From assembly GCA_030141605.1 (NCBI GenBank), contig JAQGDQ010000225.1, forward strand, positions 248,001 to 312,000: a stretch of DNA of 64,000 bases, read 5' to 3'. Below the pieces are notes generated by a model that had not been told where the DNA came from, searched no databases, and saw only the letters and a program-made list of their open reading frames with translations. This document shows, in pieces, positions 1 to 11,896 of this stretch (position 1 is the stretch's first letter; each line of letters begins with the position of its first letter). Source of the DNA: Tubiluchus corallicola (taxonomy: Eukaryota > Animalia > Priapulida). Made by a program: the position numbers and the translations under genes.

Positions 1-392
1 CTCTTCTAGATGCGCTCAGTTTGTAGTAAAATCAATTTACTCACAAACCTCAGAAAAAACCTCAGTGCTGATTACGACTTGCTAATGTAATTAATGTTGC
101 TGCGTCTAATTTATGAACCTTGTACTTGTCCAAAGATGTACGTAATTATTCAACAGACAGTTAATTAAAATTTTACTTAAAACCGGAAGCGTACTCCGCA
201 GCACCGCGGATTGCAATGGGAGCGTTAATTTAACCCTTGTCGAGTGGAGAGAGACTTTCACAACAATAAGGTATCGATACATTCGTCTTGACAGAAGTTA
301 TGTCTTTTGTAATGCATGGTTAGCCGGTTACCGCCTATTTGTTACCCCATAATGTTGTGCTACTTTTTTGTTAGACATAGCTGCCAGATTAA

Positions 393-906
393 AGGAAAAC
401 AAAATGATTCTTCATATCCTACCCCTAAAGTATACATTTTAACACCTATCATAATGCCGAAGCGTTTCTGACAATTGAGTAATAGGCTAAAAACTTAATC
501 AACGGCCAGCGAGCCCAACTACTATGACATCACAAGTGAACATAATTTTCAACAGCACACGCATTTCACGAAAAAAGTAAAGTACAGTGCCACAATACAA
601 TATTTAGTGTGATGTACAAAATTCTGCAAATTTTAAGTTTTAAATTCAAATTTTAGGTTTACCGCTGTCTTGACGCATGATCTTTCGAACGTGTGCGCCA
701 CATCACAACTGAACACATTTGAACAAGAGATATAGCACCTGTGTTTGTCCAATGTGTTTTCGGGATGCAATCGCTGGTACCTATCTAACTATAATAATTC
801 CTTCACGTAAGTCATTCTTGAAAAAATGGTACATTCTTTTTAAAATGCTGTGTAGTTCTCAGAGTAGATTGTTTTGAGCTATAAGAGTTTTAAAATTGGT
901 TTTCCT
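393..906. mobile_element. TTAA-flanked non-autonomous element (Kolobok-like); related fragments at ~11120-11350, ~11425-11727 and ~54435-54753
   Basis: TTAA|AGGAAAAC ... GTTTTCCT|TTAA; shared internal blocks (CGCATGA..CT..C.AAC.TGTG, TTC.TTCACGTAAGTCATTCTT, ATTGTTTTGAGCTATA) recur at the listed sites. Confidence 0.65.
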
Positions 907-1351
907 TTAAAGGTACAGCCAGACAATTAGGAAAACAGTTTTCATACAACAAAATATAGGTACAGTATAAACAACTTGTTTTTTCGGTATGCCCAAAAAG
1001 AAAGCAAACAAAGCATCTCCAATTTCTTTTTCATAAATTTTATCACAACATGCTTCTTATACTAGCGAAGTGTTTTCAGAACCACTGTCTGTAAACTAGA
1101 CAAACATTATCACCGAGTTACTACAAGCTGGTACATATACATTCTACAATAACTAACATATTATAATTCATTGTGTAAAGCAGCATAAATACAAGAAAAA
1201 TCCCTGAATACGATAAATGCACTGGATGAATATAGGCCTATCATAGCAACCAACTAAATAAGACAGAAAGTCGGACACTTAGAAGCGGTATCCTTTACGA
1301 CAGAATAAAATGGACAGAGTGTTGGGTAACGCTAATGGGGCCAAAGCTCAC

Positions 1352-1626
1352 GTGAGGGGGATATTTTTAAATCTCGAGCGTCGAACGTCCAAAAGCGAAA
1401 CAAGAGGGATTTCGATATGGAACGAGAAAGCCAGAAACAACAAAACGCTCAATGCCGAGCAAAACCAAATGCACAGACAAACCATCAGCACATGACCTCG
1501 AGTTCTCGAATTTACCATGGTGTAGGAGGAACTGGAAGGCGTCTGTGGCTGGCAATCCTGAAAAGAATTTGCTTTGTATCTTTTAAACAAATCAAGGTAT
1601 TCGTCTAAATGTTCACGCGTGCTCAT
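1352..1626 (-). CDS. Probable first coding exon of a type II membrane protein; gene would continue leftward
   Basis: ORF with ATG 1626 and a second ATG in strong ACC-ATG-G context at 1518 (MVNSRTRGH), hydrophobic VLMVCLCIWFCSALSVLLFLAFSF, then AC|GTGAGC donor at 1351 exactly where the ORF would stop. No family motif and no downstream exon identified. Confidence 0.45.
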
Positions 1627-1729
1627 GCTTTTTGGCTTGCGTAAAATTAACGCATAAACTCCCAGATTTCATACTTAGACCTGGTTTAAAGCTCAAGAAA
1701 GCACTATTCGTAAATAAAGCTTAGAAAGC

Positions 1730-1924
1730 AGGACTACCGGAAAAAGATTCACCTGAAAAGACAAGGGACCAGTGGACAAAGGACCACTAGGCCAATGTCA
1801 ACGGAAAATCATGTGACTGTGACCGCTTTGAAAGTGGCATAGCTGGTGATTTGTTCGGTTGTCCTTTGACCGGTAGTCCTTTGCCAGTTGGTCCTTTGTC
1901 CGATGGACCTTTGACCTACAGCCG
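1730..1924. mobile_element. Foldback-type non-autonomous element with ~15-bp subterminal repeats
   Basis: Left arm repeats GGACAAAGGACC-like units; right arm repeats the complement GGTCCTTTGTCC/GTCCTTTGACC at 15-bp spacing. Confidence 0.55.
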
Positions 1925-2222
1925 TATACGGAATGAGGTAAAAGGGACAATCTGGACGTCATTCTTTGTCAATTCAGTTCTGTGTGTGAGACCTACTCTT
2001 GATAATGGACTAGATTTTGGTCCTGACACAAGACCTGCCTATGAGTGCGGAGTTTCCAGGCGACAAAATTTCGTGAAAAAAATGGAAAAGCAGAAAAAAG
2101 CTGTATAATGACTTCCAGTGTGTTGTGTATTGAACCCAGGCTGCAAATATCATTTATGCAGCGAAATCGTTTAAAGACAGGAAAAAGTTTATCATGCAAC
2201 AGTTCTAATTTTGGCAAATGAC

Positions 2223-2253
<31 letters not shown>

Positions 2254-3904
2254 CTTTGAAACGCAGAACGATTGCGTAAAATATATTACGTAATTGTTTA
2301 CCTTTTGAAGTTTCATATGACATTACAAATAGAACATAAACATACATAGTCCCTATAAGGAAAGTGTAAATGAGAACCAAATGGCTTAGCCACTGGCAGC
2401 CGCAATTTTGTCGCTAGGCTGTTCTCCATTCTCAAAATCACTTGAAAAATTGCTCTGAAATAGGGCAATCAACTGAAATCAACTTCCCATTGCTATGTAA
2501 ACATAGATAACACCGCACTGTTAAATTATTACTCCGCGTCTTATGCACAGGTACTAAATGAATTGATCCTTATAAAACAATGGATAAGAAAAAACCAGAC
2601 GTCATGCGCAAGAACACTGAAAAAAGTCAATCGTGAAACCTAAACTTGGATTACCTGCTAAGACAGCCATGTAACTGTAGATTTCCTGTAAAGCCTTGAC
2701 ATGCACAAAGCCGCATTGCATACTGCTTTCTTATGACCTCAATAACTCTATGTGCCTAACCATTGTCTGAACCCATGAACAAATTACTTAAATCCCGCAG
2801 CAAATTATGCAACGGCAAAGGCAGGCAATTTCCTGTTGTTGGTCAAGTCCTGTATACATGTTAAGTGAGCAGTAGAGAGAAAGCACTGGTCACTTCACGG
2901 CCGCTTGACTCCTTGTGTGTGTCCTTTTAATGTCCATTCCTGTTTGGTAACTGCCATGCATTATGTTTCATTGTCGAGAGTGCTCTTTTCTGCACTAACA
3001 GCTATTGTCTAGAACAGATAAAGAGTCCTCCTTGGGTATGAAATATCCCTGGGTATCCAAGCAGGGAGTATCCCAGCTGATATGATTTCACACTGGGATG
3101 GTAATTTGGTAAAGTGGCAATCATTATTAACCCTGCCATTGCGCAGCTTTCGCTGTGAATGTTTTTTTTTTCAAGAAGGATTTAGATATTCGTTCCCACC
3201 AAGCTGTATGGCAATCGGTATCTATAAACCAAGGAAAGAGATTAGTTTCTAAGCTACGTACCACAACTGGCACGCCTCCTACAGGAACACGAGGTGCACA
3301 GACGAGTTTATAGGCGATCGTATTCTCAGAACAGCGCCATTTTACACTGCAAAGTTAGACAAAGTTCTATAAATTTTCCAGCCTTCACTTATTGAAGCAG
3401 TTAGTTGAATTTATGTTGCTTAACAACCAGCTAATGGCAATAAAACTAAAACAATACCGCACTCGTATCTGCCATACTTGTACAATCACGTTTATAAGTC
3501 CGCAAAAAAAGAAAAACTTGATAAAGTGATGGATAGTTTCGAACCATTCACCCCAATGATTCAACAAGATGACAAAATAAATCAAGAAAAAGCAGTGAAG
3601 TTAACACATATGACATATTTATCACTTTTTGAAAGTTATGCAAAAATGAAATAAGAAATGCAATTCTCGTTTTATTCGAACTTAAGACCTGATTTTGATG
3701 CTAGTTTTGAATTTAAGGATTTATTGAATACTTAAAACTGCATGAAACACGGCAAATAACGAAAAGGCTAGACTTTAGCATCGATTCATGCAATGCAGAC
3801 ATCTGATACAAATTACTTAACTTTTATTAAATGATCACACCAAGACCATGCAAGTTGACTAAGTTGAACAATGATGATGTCGAATGCCTTGATTCGGGCT
3901 TTAA

Positions 3905-4364
3905 AGGGACAGAAAATGCAATTTTAAGTATATCCCAAAAACTTTCCACGCAAAGTTATGTTACTTAGCATTATGCTTATATGTTTCAAAGAAAATTCTT
4001 AATTATTTAAAATATTCGCGCCGCCTGGAAAGACGACAATCCCAGTGTGCACCACTGATTCACCAAAAAAATCATTGATCTTACTAACAATATAAAGTAA
4101 TTTATAAGTTTGCATGGTTAGAATGTGTTAAGAATGCCTTGATTATTTTTTCAACCCTTACGCAATGTTATCTAAACTTTAACATACTGTCAAAATAGCT
4201 TGCCTAACGGTCATCGCGGGAGTTACAATTTTTAAGTTTTATACAGCGTTAATGTTAGCCTTAGCGTTAAAACAAGCACAGTATGCAGTAAGGACGTGCA
4301 TAGGTGACACAAAATTTCAAAACGAAACTTTAAGCTTTATTTATGAAAAGGGTTTTCTTGAGCT
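3905..4364 (+). mobile_element. Interspersed repeat family, TTAA-bounded; copies at ~37097-37564 (same orientation) and ~14010-14230, ~22270-22830, ~33030-33470, ~53430-53575 (inverted)
   Basis: Shared blocks CCCAGTGTGCACCACT, TTACTTAGCATT, AGGTGA(C/T)ACAAAATTTCAA and the complement TTTGAAAAAATAATC..AGTATTC.TA recur at these positions. Confidence 0.65.
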
Positions 4365-6844
4365 TTAACATATACGGGAACATTGTTGGGGACATATTGG
4401 CAAGATTCCCACCGACCATGAGATGGCGCAAATCCCACAAAGTTGCCGCTGCCTGCTTTGAAACACAATTTAGTATAATGCGCATAATTTGGGCATAAGA
4501 CCAATGAATGGTATGTACTATATTAGACTAGGCTGTGAAACAAAGACACATTTGTGTCCAACCATATGTTGTACTGTACCAAAAGGTCGGTTGCTAATTT
4601 TTTTTATCTTAAGGAGGACCATTTTACGCCATTTGTTTTCTGACCAACGTCTTCTTGGGACTGTCCGCGCACACGCGTCAAACAAAAACAACTTTAGCTG
4701 AACCTGTGTCAGTAAATCCAAATCCAAGATCTAGAAATATTAATAATAGAAACTATTGGGCCCTGTTTTATTAATCATCGATGTCGTCATATTCATTATG
4801 ATTATCAACACTATATTATAGTCGTCGTCATCATCGTCGGTCGTTTTCATCATCATCGTCATCACCATCGCTATTAATAATTACATTAAAATTATAAATA
4901 TAGTGCAGACGAAAAGACTATAACTACAATCGCGTTTTAACCAGTGAAAAGAAATATGCCTTGCAGTATATCTGTTATCAGATTTACACAAAAAGCTAAC
5001 GTGCAAAATTTTTTCTTATCAACAGATTTTAAAAATAAATAGATAATACTGTAAATTTTAATTTTATTTCGTTTATTATATTTTCATACTATTTCACTTA
5101 GATTTCACTTTAAATACCGCTACCAGTAATATAGTTAATTATTAAAAGTAAGCCCCACTGTTATAAGAACCACCATAATTAATTAATTAGGAAAAGAGAA
5201 AAGTTAACAAAGTGTTAAACAAATATCAAAAAAGGAAGAAAAGAAACAATTAATGGACTGATGAACTTCTGTCTGCAATTAAAAATGAGTTTGTAATGTA
5301 TGATATTGTAAATATTTTGACAAAATTTATAAAAAACGTTTTATTGTAAAAGTCAATATTACAGTCATGACAGGTTTTAATCAGTTTTATGATTAGCAAA
5401 ATTTCAACAACGTCATTCAGTAGTTTTCATTTTCAGTTATTCCAAAAATTTCTTATGATATAAAGGGTAATATATATGATATCACACTTATAAATACTAT
5501 TAAATATATCTAAAAATTTACATGAAATATTGTTTACTAAAAATGCATTAGCAAAAATACGTTTACTGCATCGAATGTTTAATGTGTACTAAATAATACC
5601 TAATATTACTGAATAATATCGAATAATATTCTATTTAAATAATTTTAAATAACACTGAATAATACCGAATAATACTAAACAATACTGAAGGATACTGAAT
5701 AATAAGACACAGTTCTATTATTGTAAAATTCAGTTTTGTCTGCGCATTTAATATTATTGAACGATTATGTATTTTGTTAGATGCGATTCTTTAAAACTTT
5801 AAAAAGCTGCCATTTTTGGCAAAAGAAAGGCGGTATGCAATATATGCACAAGCAACACAATAACAGAGTCACTTATAAATTAGTAAATGAAGTAATTGGT
5901 AGCAAATTGTGCGTTTGGATGTTGATACGGGAAATGTCAGTTTTTCTTTCCTGCGCTTCTTAAAATATCGACTAATAATAAAGCAATTTAAAAACAAACA
6001 GCACATAACAATACCGTTGAAATTTAGAAAACAGAAAGTAAGAAATGGGAGCACGAAAGAATTTTTAATTTTGCAAGCAAAAAATCACTCTAAAGTCTTC
6101 ACCCTAAAAAAAACCAAGAAAACAACTTTTCAACTCACCAAAAATTTGTCTATAAATCCATATATGGCGCGACACTAATCCTGTCTTATTTAACACTTTT
6201 CCTTTTATTATTCTAGCGCTGTGAGAAAGTTTTCTTTGCGGACACTAAAGTCAAGTTAGCATTAAATCTCAAAGACCGCAGAAGCTTCGGCTGCCGCGCG
6301 AGATAACTCAACTGCGCATGCGCGCAGCACAGGACGAGTTTCTGTGACGGAAACAATCAAGTAAGATGTGTACAAAATGGAAATTTAATAGACGTCCAGG
6401 TACCAGAGAATGTCATAAATTAACTTGTTCGGCGAGTGTATAAATCTACAAGTGTAATCCCGCCCGACTTCTTATTTGTTTTAATCAACATCATTAATCT
6501 TAAACAGCAAACATTTTAAACAAGTGTGGAATATCGATGGTAATGACCGAGTCAAGGCTTGAGGAAAAATTAAATACAAGTGCAAATAATCATTTAACGA
6601 AAAATGATTTATTTAAGCCTTATAGAAAAGACGCCTTACATTGAACGCGTAAAATACAATAACTGTGAATAAGCGAGTGTGATTAATTTTGACTTTAAAG
6701 AATTAGTCTGCTAAAACACTCATAGATATGATAATCGATCTCGCCGCAAACTTTGCTTTCTTTGTTTTTTGTAAAATGTTCTGGGTCTTCCATTAATAAT
6801 GCAAATGATGGTTGGAAATGTTATTTAAATGGCAATCATTCCGT

Positions 6845-7190
6845 TAGTCAATCAGCCACCTAGTCAGTCAGTCAACTGGTCTTACTCACAAAGTTAGTCA
6901 GACAGTCACATAGTAATTTAGTCAGTCAGTTTGTCTGTCAAGCAGATGAGCAGTAAGTCTGACAATAAATAAGTTAGTTGGTCAGAATCAGTCGGCCAGT
7001 CCCTCAGTCAGCGAATTAGTTCGTTGGCCAGTCAGTCAGTAGGTCGGTGGGCACCCAGTTAGTAAGACAGATAGTCACTCAATCTGTCACTCAATAAGTT
7101 AGTCAATCAGTCAGTCAGGTGCTCCTTGCTCAATCAGTCAGAGAATCAGTCAGTCAGCTAATAAGTTATTCAGTCAGTCAATCACTGAGC
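6845..7190. repeat. Degenerate (CAGT)n simple repeat
   Basis: Many AGTCAGTC runs. Confidence 0.8.
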
Positions 7191-7415
7191 AGGATGTTAG
7201 CCATCTAGACAAATGATCAGTTATGTACTATAATTATTAGTTGCTATAGTAACTAATCTCTACTTTACTGACCATCTTTACTACTCTCAGCAGGTTGCAA
7301 GGTAAAACATTTGCAAGGATCTTATCCTTACAATTCTAACAAATTGTTCTCGCGTTAATGCTAACGATGATTAGCCGGTTCTCCCACAAACCGACCCTAA
7401 TTCGCCAAGGCGGTT

Positions 7416-7495
7416 ACTCAGGTAATTCTGACAATGCACATATTAGGACATTTCCACTCAGGTAATTCTGACAATGTACATATTAGGACATTTCC
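7416..7495. repeat. 40-bp direct duplication
   Basis: ACTCAGGTAATTCTGACAATG(C/T)ACATATTAGGACATTTCC twice, one mismatch. Confidence 0.95.
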
Positions 7496-10400
7496 GGAGC
7501 TACATGGCCTGAAGTCATCTGCGCGCAAATTTGACGACAAATCATCTGTGTAATGACTACATGCCAGCTTTAACAGGTAAGCGCTACCTGTTCACAGTAA
7601 CTCGTACATAGGTATGTAATTACCTGTCCCCTGGTGGTCATTACGTCCATCGATGGTCACTTCATTGGGTGGGTTAATCGCAAAAGAGGTGACAAATTGA
7701 GTTAATTATCAACAAGGGAAATGGGATGGTAATCATCCGGTAACAACAGTGTTTCTAGTTACAGTTGACGGTGGAAAAGTGACAGCTTGTCAACTTTGTA
7801 AGCTCAAGATCGTAAATTTTGCGTGTGTTTATAACAAATTTTGTAGTAGAAATGAAATGACTGATCATAGATCATAGCTGGCAACACATGAAACTTCTCT
7901 TAGTTTAGGCCTTGCGTTTTGAAAGTGCAAATTTAAAGGTATCTGCGACATGAACAATATAATGCTTGGCAGCTCCCGTATAACAAAAGAAACCCTAGTG
8001 TTTTTTCACGACAATTACTATGTGATTGATTTTGTTACAAAAACTTTGGATATTTTGTAAAGGCTTTTTTCTAAAGGATGTTGGGTTTCGGGACATTTTT
8101 CTGGGCGATTATTGGTTAACGTCTTTACGAAATGCATAGTCAGTCAGTCAAGTAGTCATAATGATCAGGCAGGTTAAGACAATTATCAATAGCATCTATA
8201 TTTCAAGTTTTATAAATTTTCAAGTTGTTACTCCGCTAGGCGTAATGAGACAGTTATTCCTGCGAATCATGTGCCTGTGCGTGCCGCATCATTTCTCGTA
8301 AGTCAAAGGAGAAAACTCACTAAACTTTTGTTTTTTTATTGCATTACAACACGAAAAGCATTCAGTTTTATCCAGAGAACACACCATAGTCTGCGCATGC
8401 GCTATTTCAAAGGCCAATCTGTCGTAAGTCGTAAATTGCACAAGTTTTGCGAGATGAAATTAACCATCAAATTTTCACGATAATTCATTCTGTAGTAGGT
8501 TACTGTTAATAAACAGCAAAAACTTAGGAATTGCTTTCGCCCGATCAAAGATTTAAAATACCTATCTACACAATTTTATCATGAGGCTTGTGGTCGAGGA
8601 CACACTAAAGGAATGACCTTGAAATACACAGAGATAATAGAAACCTGAAGTAGAGTTAAATCCTATAATTTTAACTGTCGTGTGATGGCGACGTAAACTT
8701 TGCACTGTTGGAAATACTGTTTAGGTTCTAAATGCAATTAGTGTTCTAAAGACAAGAAAATGCATAGCTTTTCAATATAGGGCAGTAACACGTGCTTACA
8801 TAAACGAAAACACAATTAGCTTTGCTACTAAAAAATTGCCAGCCAATTCACGCTCGAAAGGTTTGGTTTAATTCTAAATATCGGTGCAGACGGTTTATTC
8901 ATGTCGCAAATGTAACTTACGCAATTGAAATATTATTAAATTTCAAATTTCTTCAACTATTATTCGTTCCAGGCAAGCCGTCATGCACTCATGGATAGGA
9001 AGTATATTTTTATTAATGGTCAGTGATATGCTTAACGTATACTGATAGTAAAAGAAATCCGGATAATGTTGAATGAAGAATCGTTACAAATCTGTGATTA
9101 TAGTTGACGACACACATGTGATTTTTGTTGGTCGAAAAAGGTTAAATACAAGAGTCAATTGTGTCAATGAAATTTCAGGAGCATCTTGGATTTTTTTAGT
9201 TTACAAAATGAAAATTACCTTTTAAGGAAATTTATTTCGTCAGACGTCAATGAAGTTCTTGTCACAATTTGAATGCGGATTTCATAACAAGCGCACAGGA
9301 AAATTTAATCTAATTAATTCCACTAATCGATTCACACGTTACTAACACTCGCTCAGCCACTGTGTGACAGCTTTGCAGGAATTTGAAACACTTTATTTGC
9401 ACGTTATCAGGAACTAAACGTCATGACTAAACGCCTAGCTATGTATTGTGTACAAATAATTCCAAATAACCCAGCCCAACAGCATATACATACTGATGGC
9501 TTCGCTAGTGCTAAGTCACACCCACCTACTGATTCAGTGGGTTATCTGCACTGACCAATGCAAGCCTTACCACCTCACCAGTGTAGGCAGATATAGAAAA
9601 TAACTGGATAATAATTTACTTTACCAGTCAGTAGATGTGCAAGTGTCAAAATAACTAGATTCATGCATCTTGTTCGTAATGAGAACTGAATTTAGCAGGT
9701 GTTGCTCACAAAAGATACTAAAATATTAAACCAGTTTTTGTGGTTTATTTAGTCTACATCACTGTGTAGATGACACGTGTGACTAATAGAAATTAGGTTG
9801 ATAGAGGCTACCTCGTTTCTAGACTACAGTTATATATGCTGTAGTCTAAAACAGTCTTATAAAAAGTTTTAAAACACTGATTAGAAAGAGAAAAGCATAG
9901 TCATCCGATTGATCTGAAGAAGATGATGCAGTCCAAATCGCACACGTGCCTGTTTTTAGAAACCCTTTCAAGAAATTGGGAAGGTAAAGGGGTATTCACA
10001 TTTTACCGACGAAATACCTGTACGTTTTAGCCTCTAAATTGACACTCGCGATCGCGACTGCAACACCTTGTAGCGACGAAATCCGCTAGTATTATACGTT
10101 AGTTGGTCACGAGTTATTTGGAAACCAGCGCAACGACGCGGTTTTCAAGGCGCTTGCGCTGGGCAACACGCATGCACAACACGGCGAAATTGCGCAGCAG
10201 ACGAACCGACGTCACGGATAAGGTAACCATATCTAAAGCTACATAAACAAACATGCATTTGCTGCTGGTGTATTTTTTGGTTTAAATGGTACTACGCGCA
10301 TGGGCTTCCCCAAAAGAAACAGGAATATGCTGATCAAGATTCAATTTCATTCAACGACGTCATTGCCCGACACGTTCAGATTTTGAAATGGTTTCCTCAA

Positions 10401-11817
10401 AAAATACATGACCGAGATAAAAACATGCTAACCGCGTGAAGATAATAAAACCGCAAATGTTCACACTTCGTAAACCAAATTTGATAAAAAAGAAAAAATT
10501 GTGAGAAAGTTAGAACTCAGCGTGGATGTGAACCAGTGGTTTCTGTATTGCAAAGTCAATGCACATAGAAAACTGCACTGTTTTAGATCAAAAACACAGC
10601 TACACTTGTTCTAAATTGCCTATGCCAAAGAAAAAGTGATTATTCTCTTTTCAATGGAAACTTCAAGGAAAAAGTTGGTCACATCGTTGCTATAACGAAG
10701 ATCGTTCCGTTTGCTCTGGCAAACCTAATAAATCCAGCAAATTACAATATTACTCCATGTTACTTTATTTATTTAAACACACCTGTGCTTCCAGACTTGT
10801 GCCTACTACGTTTTCTGTTCGCCCAGGCATCTGTCCTAGTATCATTTAGGACGATTCCAACAAAAGCAAAATTAAATGGCACCTTATGTATCTGAGAGTT
10901 CCAGGTTATATACACTGAAACATTTTTTGAGTACTATTTTTTACATTGTACATTGCATGGCCGTATTTTAATGATTTTATTAAAGACAAGCCTGATGATT
11001 TTTCATATCCTATCCTATTTTGAAATACGGTAAAAGCTCACATTTTAATGCCTATAGTAGTACCAAAGTGTTTCTCATGATTAAATAATAATAGGCTAAT
11101 ACATGAACACCTCGCGCTTGTGCGCCAGAACACATATGAACTAAGAGGTACACCGTTTGTTTTTTGTGCAATGCATTTCCAAGGTGCAAGCGTTGGTGCC
11201 CATCTAACTTGCGAATGAGGAAATGCACGTAAAATACAAGAACTAGCCGATATGAACGTGAAATTAGGTTTCTGTCCTAATAATTCTTTCACGTAAGTCT
11301 GTGAAAAATCAATCTATTCCCTCTCAATATTTCAGATATTAGATTGCTTTGAATTATAGATTCCAATATTGGAAATCGAAATACTGTGCTGCTGTAAAGC
11401 TTTCAGTGTGACACACTAAACACGGCAAATTTTTAGTTTCGGTCCAAAGATTTAAATTTCAAGTTTACCACTGCGCTTACGCATGAGCTCTCCAACATGT
11501 GTGCTACGTCATAACTTAATAACATCTGAAGTGAGAGGTACGGCCCATCTAACTAGCAAATTTCGAAATGCGTGTAACAATGGAGAACTAGCCGCGCGAA
11601 CACGAAATTACGCTTCTAGTTAATTACCTAAATAGAATTAGCTAATAATTCTTTCATGTAAGTTATTCTTGTAAAAACAATTTGTAACCTTTCAATATTT
11701 TATATTGAAATTGTTTTGAGCTATAGTTTATGGCTGGGAGTCTGGCTAAGAGTAAATGCTTGCACATGGAAATAAAAATACATCAAACCCATATTCACAC
11801 AAACCTTTATTTGGTCT

Positions 11818-11823
<6 letters not shown>

Positions 11824-11895
<72 letters not shown>
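11824..11895. repeat. (GT)n microsatellite
   Basis: Pure GT run of about 70 bp. Confidence 0.98.

Positions 11896-11896
<1 letters not shown>

Noticed and set aside
2865-2998. Hairpin (AGAGAGAAAGCACT ... AGTGCTCTTTTCT) as miRNA or snoRNA
   Set aside because: Stem is only ~17 imperfect bp around a ~95-nt loop, and I recognised no known miRNA sequence or convincing snoRNA box arrangement.
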